Counted from the first letter of the stretch, positions 31,106 through 40,178 are shown. The stretch is 64,000 bases of DNA from Burkholderia sp. (GCA_040946945.1 JAYFRX010000001.1:16605-80604), one strand, 5' to 3'. Notes: generated by a model from the letters alone, not told the origin. Translations and numbers: made by a program.

Positions 31106-34100
31106 TCAGCGGCCCCGGCCAGATCACGGACATGCGCCTAGTGGCGGCCGAGGCACCGGTGCTCTTGCAGCCCCAGCAGGTGCGCGTGGCGGTGTGCGCC
31201 AGCTCGCTGAATTTCTCCGACCTGCTGTGCGTGATGGGCCTCTACCCGAACATGCCAGCCTATCCGTTCACGCCGGGCACCGAGGCCAGCGGCCTGGTGC
31301 TGGAGGTCGGCAGCGCGGTGAATTCGCTGCGTCCCGGCGACGAGGTGGTCTGCCTGGCCCAGGGTTGCCATGCCACCGAGGTGATCTGTCACGAAGCCCA
31401 GGCCTGGGCCAAGCCGCCGCAGCTTAGCTTCGAGCAGGCCTGCGCCCTGCCGGTGGTCGCCCTGACCATGATCGACGCCTTCCACAAGGCCGACCTGCAG
31501 CCCGGCGACAGCATCCTGATCCAGACGGCTGCCGGCGGCACCGGCTTGATCGCGATGCAGCTGGCACGCCATTACGGCGCGACGATCCTCGCCACCGCCG
31601 GCTCCCAGGAGAAGCTCGACTACCTGCGCGGTCAGGGTGCCCGGCACCTGATCAACTATCGCGAACAGGATTTCGAGGCCGAGGTGGCCCGGCTCACGGG
31701 CGGCCACGGCGTGGACGTGGTGATCAACACCCTGTCCGGCGAGGCGATCGCCAAGGGCCTGCGCAGCCTGGCGCCGGGCGGGCGCTACATCGAGATCGCG
31801 ATGATGGCGCTGAAGTCGGCGCAGTCGGTGGACCTGTCGGTGCTCGACAGCAACCAGAGCTTCTTCAGCATCGACCTGGCGCGTCTGATCGCCGAGCGGC
31901 CGCGCAAGCTCGAGCAGTACCGGCGCGAGCTGGCGAGCCTGGTGGAGCAGGGCGCGCTGCAGCCCACCGTGTCGCGGGTGTTCGCGCTCGACCAGTTGCA
32001 CGACGCCTATCGCTACCTGCAGGACCGCCGCAATATTGGCAAGGTGGTGCTGCGGGTGCCGGCGGCCGAGGCGCCGGTTGCGGGCGAGGCTTCCGCGCCC
32101 GTCGTTGTCGCGGCGCAGGCGGTGCCGTCGAGCCACGCCGACGAACCGATCGCTGTGATCGGCATGAGCGGCCGTTTCGCCCATTCGCCGGACCTGGACA
32201 GCTTCTGGTCGCACCTGGCCCAGGGCCACGACCTGGTCGACACGGTATCGCGCTGGGACCTCGGCCCCGGCGAGAGACCCTGCCGCGACGGCAGCTTCCT
32301 CGACGAGATCGACCGCTTCGATCCGCTGTTCTTCCGCATGTCGGGGCTGGAAGCCACCTACATGGATCCGCAGCAGCGCCTGTTCCTCGAAGAGGCCTGG
32401 CGCACGCTGGAAGACGCCGGCTACGCGGGCGAGGCCGTCAAGGGCAAGCTGTGCGGCGTCTACGTGGGCTGCACCAGCGGCGACTACGCCCAACTGTTCA
32501 AAAGCGCCCCGCCGCCGCAGGCCTTCTGGGGCAATTCCGGCGCGCTGATCCCGGCGCGCATCGCCTACTACCTCGACCTACAGGGCCCGGCCGTGGCGCT
32601 CGACACCGCCTGCTCCAGCTCGCTGGTGGCGGTGCACCTGGCCTGCCAGGGCCTGCGCGCGGGCGAGACCGAGCTGGCGCTGGCCGGCGGCGTGTTCGTG
32701 CAATCGACGCCGGGCTTCTACCTAGCCGCCAATCCGGCCGGCATGCTATCGGCCACCGGCCGCTGCCATACCTTTGACGAGAGCGCCGACGGCTTCGTGC
32801 CTGGCGAGGGCGTGGGCGCGGTTCTGCTCAAGCGGCTCAGCGACGCGATCGCCGACGATGACCACATCCACGGCGTGATCTGCGGCAGCGCGATCAACCA
32901 GGACGGGCGCAGCAACGGCATCACCGCGCCCAGCGCGCGTTCGCAGGAGCGGCTGGAGCGCCAGGTTTACGATCGCTACGCGGTCCATCCTGAGACGCTG
33001 CAGATGATCGAGGCGCACGGCACCGGCACCAAGCTCGGCGACCCGATCGAATATCGTGCGCTGCGCCAGGCCTTTGGCCACTACACGCAGCGCGAGGGCT
33101 TCTGCGCGCTCGGCTCGGTCAAGACCAATATCGGCCACCTGGCCAATGCGGCTGGCATTGCCGGCATCCTGAAGATTCTGCTGGCCCTGCGGCATCGCCA
33201 GCTGCCGCCCTCGCTGCATTTCCGCAAGGGAAATCCGGCGATCGCCTTCGAGGGCAGCCCGTTCTACGTCAATACCGAGCTGCGCCCTTGGCCGGCCGGT
33301 GAGCGCGCGCCGCGACGCGGCGCGGTCAGCTCCTTCGGGTTCAGCGGCACCAACGCGCACATGGTGATCGAGGAAGCGCCGGAGCTGGTTGCCGCGCGCG
33401 CGGCGGGGCGCGGGCTGGAACTGGTGGCGCTGTCGGCGCGCACCGCCGGGCAGCTGCGCGAGCAGGTGGGCAGGCTGCTGGCCTATTGCCAGGCACGGCC
33501 GCAAGCCAGCCTCGGCGATCTCGCCCATACCCTGCTGTGCGGACGCGAGCATCGGGGCCACCGGTTGGCGGCGGTGGTGCGCGATCTGGCCGAGCTGCGC
33601 CAGGTGCTGGGCACCTGGCTGGAGCAGGGCGACGGCAGCCGGCTGCAGCTGGGCGAACTCGACGAGGGCGGCGTGCGCGAGCAGCTCGAGCAGCGACGCC
33701 TGGGGCAGGCCGCGATCGAGGCAGTGCGCGAAGGGCGGCTGGAACGGCTTTCGACCGTGGCCGAGCTATTCTCGCAAGGCTACAAACTCGACTACGCCGG
33801 TTTGTTCGGTCCGGGCTACCGGCGTCTTGCGCTGCCGACCTATCCCTTCGCGCGGGAGCGCTACTGGGTCGACGATTCGCTGCAGCGTGCGGCGGTGCCG
33901 TTGACGCTGGCTGCGCCGGTGTCGACGCCTGCACCCGCCTCGGTGGCAGCGCCTGTCGCGGCAAGGCCGGCACCGTCGCGGACGTCCTCGGTCCCCGACA
34001 AGGCGATGCGCGAAGCCAGCGTGGCTTACCTGAAGCAACTGGTGGCCGCCACGCTGCGCGTCTCGCCGGCGGAACTCAGCGCGTACGAGCCGTTGGAGCG

Positions 34101-36297
34101 CTACGGCATCGACTCGATCCTAGTGGTGCAGCTCACCGACAGCCTGCGCCAGCATTTCGACAGCGTCGGCAGCACCCTGCTGTTCGAGGTGCAGACCATA
34201 GACGCGCTGGCCGAGCGGCTGTTCGCCACCGAGGCGCCAGCCCTGGCGCGGCAGCTGGGTATGGATACTGCCGCGCTGGTCGAGGCACCGGTGCCGGCAA
34301 CACCACTACCCTCGCTGGAACTGGAACCGGAACCGGAATCGAAACCGGAGCCGGAGCCGGAGCCGGAGCCGCAGCCCACGCAAGCGCAACCGGTTGTCAC
34401 CGCCACCGAATCAGTTGAGGTCAGCACGGTGGCCGAAGTGACCCCCCGCCCCGCAGCCCGCGGCGACGTCGCCGTGATCGGCCTGAGCGGCCGTTACCCG
34501 AAGTCGGCGGACCTGCGCGAATTTTGGCAGAACCTGCGTAACGGCCGCGACTGCATCGACGAGGTGCCGGCCCAGCGCTGGGACTGGCGCGAGCACTTTG
34601 ACGCCGAGCGCGGCCGGGGCGGCCGCAGTTACAGCCGCTGGGGCGGCTTCATTGACGGCGTCGACCACTTTGACCCGCGCTTCTTCCGCATCCCGCCCAG
34701 CGAGGCCGAGTACATCGATCCGCAGGAGCGCCTGTTCCTGCAGACCGCCTACCTGGCCATCGAAGATGCCGGCTACACGCCCTCGACGCTGAGCAAGGAC
34801 CAGCGCATCGGCGTGTTCGTGGGCGCGGCCAACAGCACCTACACCTTGCTGCCCAGCCACTGGTCGATCGCCAACCGCGTGTCCTTCTCGCTCGATTTCC
34901 GCGGCCCGAGCCTCGCCGTCAACAGTGCCTGCTCCTCCTCGCTGACGGCCCTGCACCTGGCGCTCGACAGCTTGGCCCACGGCAGCAGCGAGGTGGCCCT
35001 GGTGGGTGGCGTGAGCCTGGTGCTGCACCCGGCGCATTTCAATCGGCTCTCGGCGCTGGGGATGCTGTCGAGCGACGCGCAGTGCCGTCCGCTCGGCGAG
35101 CATGCTGACGGATTCGTCGACGGCGAGGGCGTGGGCGCGCTGCTGATCAAGCCGCTGCAGCGCGCGATCGAGGACGGCGACCAGATCTACGGCGTGATCA
35201 AGGGCAGCATGGTCAACGCCGCCGGCAAGACTCGCAGCTTCGCGGTGCCTGATGCCGCCGCGCAGGTGCGCCTGGTGAGCGAGGCGCTGACGCGCGCCGG
35301 CGTGTCGGCCGACACCATCGGCTACCTGGAAGCGCACAGTAATGGCGGCGAGCTCAGCGACATCACCGAGATGCAGGGTCTGGCCGAGGCCTTCGCCGGC
35401 ACGGCCGAGCGGGGCCATCGCTGCGCGATCGGCTCGGTGAAGTCGAACATCGGCTATTGCGAGAGCGCGGCGGGCATCGCCGGCCTGACCAAGGTGCTGC
35501 TGCAGCTGCGGCACGGCGAGCTGGTGCCGACCTTGCATGCGCGGCGTGCCAATCCGAAGATCGATTTCGCCGGCACGCCCTTCGCACTGCAGCAGGAATT
35601 GAGCACCTGGCCGCGCCCGGCGGCCGGTCATCCGCGCCGCGCCGGCGTGTCCGCCTTCGGCGTGGGCGGTGCCTACGCGCACGTGATCGTCGAGGAATAC
35701 GTCGCTCCGGCGCGGCCCGACGCACGGGGCCAGGCGCTGCCGATCGTCCTGTCGGCGGCCAATGCCGAGCGCCTGCGCGTGGTGGCCGGGCGTCTAGCCA
35801 GCTTCCTGGCGAGCGAGGCCGGCCGCGAGGTGGTGCTGGCCGATCTCGCCTACACGCTGCAGGTGGGCCGCGAGCCGTTGGGCGAGCGCCTGGGCTTCAT
35901 CGCCGATTCGGTGGGGCAGGTGCGCGAGGTATTACGCGCCTTCGCCGAGGACCGCGAGGCGTCACTGCCGCTAGTGCGCGCGAGCCTGGGCCGCGGCCGT
36001 GACGGCTGGGCGCTGTTCGCTGACGACGAGGACTTCGAGCGCACCGTCGAACAATGGATCTCCCGCGAGAAACACGCTTCGCTGCTGGACTTGTGGGGCC
36101 GCGGTTATCCGCTCGACTGGCGGCGCCTGTACGGCGCGCATCGGCCGCGGCGCATCGGCGGCCTGCCGGGTTACCCCTTCGCCGAGGAAAGCTACTGGGC
36201 CCCGGAGTCGCTGCGTTATGCCGGTGTGCTCGAGGACGAAGACGATTTCGACGCCACGCCTTTCGAGCCGGCTCAGCCGGTGGGAGAACAGTCTTGA
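31033..36297 (+). CDS. lgaC: Trans-AT PKS, C-terminal part after the frameshift: ER-KS8-ACP-KS9(non-elongating) (probable LgaC C-part)
   Basis: MDR-type ER (LNFSDLL, YPFTPG, IQTAAGGTG, NIGKVVL; ~31090-32060); KS8 DTACSS/HGTGT/GHL; ACP YGIDSILVV; KS9 NSACSS with EAHSNGG and NIGYCE. The track GTG start at 31048 has no recognisable RBS, and the frame is open upstream through 31033. Confidence 0.85.
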   Translation, partial: QPTPRVQPVGASFPAAASGRRRALISGPGQITDMRLVAAEAPVLLQPQQVRVAVCASSLNFSDLLCVMGLYPNMPAYPFTPGTEASGLVLEVGSAVNSLRPGDEVVCLAQGCHATEVICHEAQAWAKPPQLSFEQACALPVVALTMIDAFHKADLQPGDSILIQTAAGGTGLIAMQLARHYGATILATAGSQEKLDYLRGQGARHLINYREQDFEAEVARLTGGHGVDVVINTLSGEAIAKGLRSLAPGGRYIEIAMMALKSAQSVDLSVLDSNQSFFSIDLARLIAERPRKLEQYRRELASLVEQGALQPTVSRVFALDQLHDAYRYLQDRRNIGKVVLRVPAAEAPVAGEASAPVVVAAQAVPSSHADEPIAVIGMSGRFAHSPDLDSFWSHLAQGHDLVDTVSRWDLGPGERPCRDGSFLDEIDRFDPLFFRMSGLEATYMDPQQRLFLEEAWRTLEDAGYAGEAVKGKLCGVYVGCTSGDYAQLFKSAPPPQAFWGNSGALIPARIAYYLDLQGPAVALDTACSSSLVAVHLACQGLRAGETELALAGGVFVQSTPGFYLAANPAGMLSATGRCHTFDESADGFVPGEGVGAVLLKRLSDAIADDDHIHGVICGSAINQDGRSNGITAPSARSQERLERQVYDRYAVHPETLQMIEAHGTGTKLGDPIEYRALRQAFGHYTQREGFCALGSVKTNIGHLANAAGIAGILKILLALRHRQLPPSLHFRKGNPAIAFEGSPFYVNTELRPWPAGERAPRRGAVSSFGFSGTNAHMVIEEAPELVAARAAGRGLELVALSARTAGQLREQVGRLLAYCQARPQASLGDLAHTLLCGREHRGHRLAAVVRDLAELRQVLGTWLEQGDGSRLQLGELDEGGVREQLEQRRLGQAAIEAVREGRLERLSTVAELFSQGYKLDYAGLFGPGYRRLALPTYPFARERYWVDDSLQRAAVPLTLAAPVSTPAPASVAAPVAARPAPSRTSSVPDKAMREASVAYLKQLVAATLRVSPAELSAYEPLERYGIDSILVVQLTDSLRQHFDSVGSTLLFEVQTIDALAERLFATEAPALARQLGMDTAALVEAPVPATPLPSLELEPEPESKPEPEPEPEPQPTQAQPVVTATESVEVSTVAEVTPRPAARGDVAVIGLSGRYPKSADLREFWQNLRNGRDCIDEVPAQRWDWREHFDAERGRGGRSYSRWGGFIDGVDHFDPRFFRIPPSEAEYIDPQERLFLQTAYLAIEDAGYTPSTLSKDQRIGVFVGAANSTYTLLPSHWSIANRVSFSLDFRGPSLAVNSACSSSLTALHLALDSLAHGSSEVALVGGVSLVLHPAHFNRLSALGMLSSDAQCRPLGEHADGFVDGEGVGALLIKPLQRAIEDGDQIYGVIKGSMVNAAGKTRSFAVPDAAAQVRLVSEALTRAGVSADTIGYLEAHSNGGELSDITEMQGLAEAFAGTAERGHRCAIGSVKSNIGYCESAAGIAGLTKVLLQLRHGELVPTLHARRANPKIDFAGTPFALQQELSTWPRPAAGHPRRAGVSAFGVGGAYAHVIVEEYVAPARPDARGQALPIVLSAANAERLRVVAGRLASFLASEAGREVVLADLAYTLQVGREPLGERLGFIADSVGQVREVLRAFAEDREASLPLVRASLGRGRDGWALFADDEDFERTVEQWISREKHASLLDLWGRGYPLDWRRLYGAHRPRRIGGLPGYPFAEESYWAPESLRYAGVLEDEDDFDATPFEPAQPVGEQS
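34315..34374 (+). repeat. Hexanucleotide tandem repeat encoding a (Leu/Pro-Glu)n linker
   Basis: CTGGAA x2, CCGGAA x2, TCGAAA, CCGGAG x4 (perfect, 34345-34368), CCGCAG; translates as LELEPEPESKPEPEPEPEPQ. Confidence 0.85.
36282..36286 (+). promoter_or_regulatory. Ribosome-binding site for TTG start at 36294
   Basis: GGGAG seven bases upstream of a TTG that overlaps the previous stop codon. Confidence 0.6.
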
Positions 36298-39200
36298 AGC
36301 GCGACCTCAACCACGACTTCGATGCCACGCCGCCCTCGCGCGACGAGGACCGGAAGCCCCATGCCGATGCCCGCGGCCACACGCGCCCGCTCGGGCATGT
36401 GGACACGGCCATCATCGGCATCAGCGCCCGCTACCCCAAGGCGGGCGACTGGCGGCAATTCTGGGAGAACCTGCGCGCGGGGCGCGACTGCATCGGCGAG
36501 GTCCCGCCCGAGCGCTGGGACTGGCGCGCCCATCACGACAGCGCGCGCGGCACGCCCGGGCGCAGCTACACGCGATGGGGCGGCTTCCTTGACGAGATCG
36601 ACCGCTTCGACCCGCGCTTCTTCCGCATCGCGCCCGGCGAGGCCGAGCATATCGATCCGCAGGAGCGCCTGTTCCTGGAAAGCGCCTACCTGCTGATTGA
36701 GGACGCCGGCTACACTCCCGCCAACCTGAGCGCGAGCCGCCGCGTGGCGGTCTTCGTCGGTGCCATGAACAGCAGCTACTCACTGTTGGCCAGCCAATGG
36801 ACGCTGGCCAACCGCGTGTCCCACGTCTTCGATTTCCATGGCCCGAGCCTGGTGGTTAACAGCGCCTGCTCGTCCTCGCTGAGCGCGACTCACCTGGCGC
36901 TGGAAAGCCTGGCCACTGGCACCAGCGAGGTGGCGATCGCCGGCGGCGTCAACCTGATCATGCATCCGGCGCACTATGCGCGGCTGGCCTCGGTCGGCAT
37001 GCTGTCGGCCGGCCCGCATTGCCGCGCCTTCGGTGCCGGCGCGGACGGCTTCGTCGACGGCGAGGGCGTGGGCGCGGTCCTGCTCAAGCCGCTGCAACGC
37101 GCGATCGAGGACGGTGACCAGATCTACGGCGTGATCAAGGGGAGCGCGCTCAATGCCGGCGGCAGGACCCACGGCTACACGGTGCCCAGCCCGCTCGCTC
37201 AGGGGTGCCTGGTGGCCGAGGCGATCGCCCGCGCCGGTTTCGCGCCGCGCAGCATCGACTGCGTGGAGGCGCATGGCACCGGTACCGAACTGGGCGACCC
37301 GATCGAGGTGCGCGGCCTGGCCGAGGCTTTTGGCGCAACGGTCGGCGCGGCACCCTGGTGCGCGCTGGGCTCGGTCAAGTCGAATATCGGCCACGGCGAG
37401 GGCGTGGCCGGCATCGCCGGCCTGACCAAGCTGCTGCTACAGATGCGCCATGGCCAGTTCGCGCCCAGCCTGCATGCCGAAACGCTCAATCCCCGAATCG
37501 ATTTCGGCGGCACGCCGTTCACCGTGCAGCGCGAGCTGGTGCCATGGCCGCGCCCGGCCGGCCATCCTCGCCGCGCGGGCGTGTCCTCGTTCGGCGCGGG
37601 CGGCGCGAATGCGCACCTGCTGGTTGAGGAATACGTGGCACCGGCCGCGCCGGCCCCCGCCGATGCGGACTCGCCCGCGCTGATTGTGCTGTCGGCCGCG
37701 AATCCCGATCGCCTGCGCGCGGTCGCGCAGCGCCTGCTCGATTTCCTCGACGGTGAATTCGGCCGCGGCATCACGCTGGCCGAGCTGGCCTATACGCTGC
37801 AGGTCGGCCGCGAGGCGCTCGCCGAGCGGCTCGGTTTCGTGGCCGACTCGCTGGCCCAGGTGCGCGCCTGCTTGTCGGCCTTCCTGCAGGATCGCGAGGC
37901 CGAGCGGCCGTTGCTGCGAACCAGCGTCGGCCGCGGCCGCGACGGCGGGTCCGCGCTGCTGGGCGACGAGGGCTTCGCGCAAACCCTGCACGGCTGGGTC
38001 GAGCGCGGCAAGCACGAGTTGCTGCTGAAGCTGTGGGGGCAAGGCGAGCCGCTGGACTGGTCACTGCTGTATCGCGCGGCGCGGCCGCGCCGCGTGAGCC
38101 TGCCCGGCTATTCGTTCGCGGGCGAGCGTTACTGGGCACCCGCCGCGGTGCGTTATGCCGGCGTCATTCGCAGCCGCCGCCCGCAGCCCGCCGTCGATCC
38201 CGACCTGCTGCTATGCCGGCCCGCCTGGCGCGATGCGCCGCTGCCGGCGGCGGTCCGGCGCGAGCTGCCGCGGCGTGAACTCTGGCTGCTCGGCAGCTTG
38301 GCCGGGCTCGACGATGCCGCCTTGCCGGCGCTGCCGATCGAGCGTTTTCGCAGCGAGCAGGCCGAGCCAGTGCGGTGCTGCACCGACCTGTATGCCCAGG
38401 TCCATGCGCGCCTGCGCCAGCGGCTGCGGGACAAGCCGAGCGAGCCCTTGCTGCTGCAAGTGGCGATCCTCGGGCGCGACGACGAGATCCTGTTGTCGGG
38501 GCTGTCCGGCACGCTGCGCAGCCTCGGCCAGGAAAGCAGCAAGCTGCGCGGGCAACTGCTGATGATGGAAGGCGGCGAGGATCGCGCCACCTGGCAGGCG
38601 CGCCTGGACTACAACGCCGCGCGGCCCCGCGAGGACTGGGTGCGCTACCGCCAGGGGCGCCGCGAAACCTGGACGCTTCAGGAACTGGCGCCGGCCGCCG
38701 GCGAGCCGGCCGTGCCGTGGCGCGCACAGGGCGTTTATCTGCTGAGCGGCGGCGCGGGCGGGCTGGGGCTGTTGTTCGCCGAGGAGATCGCCCGCCGCGC
38801 CGAGGGCGCGACCGTGATCCTGGCCAGCCGCTCCGCCCCCGACGAAGCGCGCCGAGCGCGGCTGGCCGCACTCGGGCAACAGGGCCTGGCGATTCGGCAC
38901 ACGGCGCTGGACATCACCGATGCCGCTGCGGTGCAGGCGCTGGTGGACGAGATCGTCGCCACCCACGGCCGCCTCGACGGCGTGCTGCACATGGCCGGCG
39001 TGCTGCGCGACGGTTATCTGCTCGACAAGGAGCGCGACAGCGTCGACCAGGTGCTGGCACCCAAGCTGCTGGGCGCGCTGCATCTCGATCTTGCTACCCG
39101 CGCGCTGCCGCTCGACTGCTTCGTGCTGTTCTCCTCAGCGGCGGCCCTGTTCGGTAATGCCGGCCAGGCCGAATATGCCGGCGCCAACGGCTTCCTCGAC

Positions 39201-40130
39201 GCCTTCGCGGCCTATCGCCAGGCGCAGGGGCAGCCGGGCCGCTCGCTGTCGGTCAACTGGCCGCTGTGGGCCGAGGGCGGCATGAGCATGGACACGGCCA
39301 CCGAACAGTTGCTGACGGCCGGTACCGGCATCCGGCCGATGCAGGCCGCCACCGGCTGCCGGGCGCTGGCCCACGCACTGGCCGGAGAACTCACGCAGGT
39401 GCTGGCCCTGGAGGGCGAGCCGGCGCGCATGCGCGCGGCCTTGCTCGAACAGCCCGCGGCGCCGTCGGCCGTGGCCGGCGTGGCGGCGCCGACGGCCGAC
39501 CTGCCGGGCCAGGTGCGCGAGCTGGTGGCGGCCCTGCTCAAGGTCGAGCCGGATGAGATCGAAGCGGGCCAGGACATCGGCGACTACGGCCTGGACTCGA
39601 TCGGTTTCACCCATCTCGCCAACCAGCTGAACCAGCGCTTCGGCAGTGCCTTGCGGCCGACCGATTTCATGGAGCTGGAGACGGCCAGCGTCGAGCGTAT
39701 CGCCCGCCTGCTGCAGCAGCAACTGCCGGCTGCCAGGGCGACCGGTGCCGCGACCCCGGCAGCGCGGCCAGGCTCGGCCCCGATCTCGGGTGCCGCGTCC
39801 GTGTCGCGCGACGCCCGTCCCGCGCATAACGACGAGCGCCTGTGGGAGCAGGTGCGCGAAGCCGTGGCGGCCCTGCTCAAGGTGGATATCGAGGCGGTCG
39901 ACCCGGATCTCGACATCAGCGACTACGGCGTCGATTCGATCGGTTTCACGCACCTGGCCAACCGCCTCAACGAACAACACGGCACCCGCTTGCGGGCCAC
40001 CGACTTTCTCGAACTGGAGCAGGTCAGCGTGATCCGCATCGCACGCCTGCTGCGCGAGGACTCGGACTCGCACGAGCCGCTCGACGCGGCCGAGGCGGAG
40101 GCATCCCTGGCCGCGGCCGAGGGGCGATGA
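36294..40130 (+). CDS. lgaD: Terminal trans-AT PKS: KS10-KR-ACP-ACP, no thioesterase (probable LgaD homologue)
   Basis: Likely TTG start at 36294 overlapping the upstream TGA (TTGA), with GGGAG at 36282-36286. KS NSACSS/HGTGT/GHGE; KR GGAGGLG, HMAGVLRD, YAGAN; ACPs YGLDSIGF and YGVDSIGF. Gene symbol is inferred. Confidence 0.9.
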   Translation: MKRDLNHDFDATPPSRDEDRKPHADARGHTRPLGHVDTAIIGISARYPKAGDWRQFWENLRAGRDCIGEVPPERWDWRAHHDSARGTPGRSYTRWGGFLDEIDRFDPRFFRIAPGEAEHIDPQERLFLESAYLLIEDAGYTPANLSASRRVAVFVGAMNSSYSLLASQWTLANRVSHVFDFHGPSLVVNSACSSSLSATHLALESLATGTSEVAIAGGVNLIMHPAHYARLASVGMLSAGPHCRAFGAGADGFVDGEGVGAVLLKPLQRAIEDGDQIYGVIKGSALNAGGRTHGYTVPSPLAQGCLVAEAIARAGFAPRSIDCVEAHGTGTELGDPIEVRGLAEAFGATVGAAPWCALGSVKSNIGHGEGVAGIAGLTKLLLQMRHGQFAPSLHAETLNPRIDFGGTPFTVQRELVPWPRPAGHPRRAGVSSFGAGGANAHLLVEEYVAPAAPAPADADSPALIVLSAANPDRLRAVAQRLLDFLDGEFGRGITLAELAYTLQVGREALAERLGFVADSLAQVRACLSAFLQDREAERPLLRTSVGRGRDGGSALLGDEGFAQTLHGWVERGKHELLLKLWGQGEPLDWSLLYRAARPRRVSLPGYSFAGERYWAPAAVRYAGVIRSRRPQPAVDPDLLLCRPAWRDAPLPAAVRRELPRRELWLLGSLAGLDDAALPALPIERFRSEQAEPVRCCTDLYAQVHARLRQRLRDKPSEPLLLQVAILGRDDEILLSGLSGTLRSLGQESSKLRGQLLMMEGGEDRATWQARLDYNAARPREDWVRYRQGRRETWTLQELAPAAGEPAVPWRAQGVYLLSGGAGGLGLLFAEEIARRAEGATVILASRSAPDEARRARLAALGQQGLAIRHTALDITDAAAVQALVDEIVATHGRLDGVLHMAGVLRDGYLLDKERDSVDQVLAPKLLGALHLDLATRALPLDCFVLFSSAAALFGNAGQAEYAGANGFLDAFAAYRQAQGQPGRSLSVNWPLWAEGGMSMDTATEQLLTAGTGIRPMQAATGCRALAHALAGELTQVLALEGEPARMRAALLEQPAAPSAVAGVAAPTADLPGQVRELVAALLKVEPDEIEAGQDIGDYGLDSIGFTHLANQLNQRFGSALRPTDFMELETASVERIARLLQQQLPAARATGAATPAARPGSAPISGAASVSRDARPAHNDERLWEQVREAVAALLKVDIEAVDPDLDISDYGVDSIGFTHLANRLNEQHGTRLRATDFLELEQVSVIRIARLLREDSDSHEPLDAAEAEASLAAAEGR
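39509..40060 (+). repeat. Tandem duplicated ACP domains
   Basis: QVRELVAALLKV..DIGDYGLDSIGFTHLANQLNQ..LRPTDFMELE versus QVREAVAALLKV..DISDYGVDSIGFTHLANRLNE..LRATDFLELE. Confidence 0.85.
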
Positions 40131-40165
40131 GCCTTTGCCGCCGCCATCCCGATCACAAGCTGAGT

Positions 40166-40170
40166 GGAGA
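40166..40170 (+). promoter_or_regulatory. Ribosome-binding site of the acyltransferase gene
   Basis: GGAGA eight bases upstream of ATG 40179, which begins the canonical MSVYMFPGQG. Confidence 0.7.
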
Positions 40171-40178
40171 ACTTTTTG

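Noticed and set aside
36054-36293. 80-codon N-terminal extension of the terminal PKS
   Set aside because: It overlaps the previous gene by 240 nt and reads as Arg-rich off-frame text; TTG 36294 has an RBS and overlaps the stop.
39509-40060. Tandem ACPs as beta-branching acceptors
   Set aside because: They lack the Trp flag (GxDSxxxxxW), and no HMG-CoA synthase/ECH cassette is present in the window.
40164-40178. GTG start for the acyltransferase
   Set aside because: The GTG overlaps the GGAGA RBS; ATG 40179 gives the canonical N-terminus.
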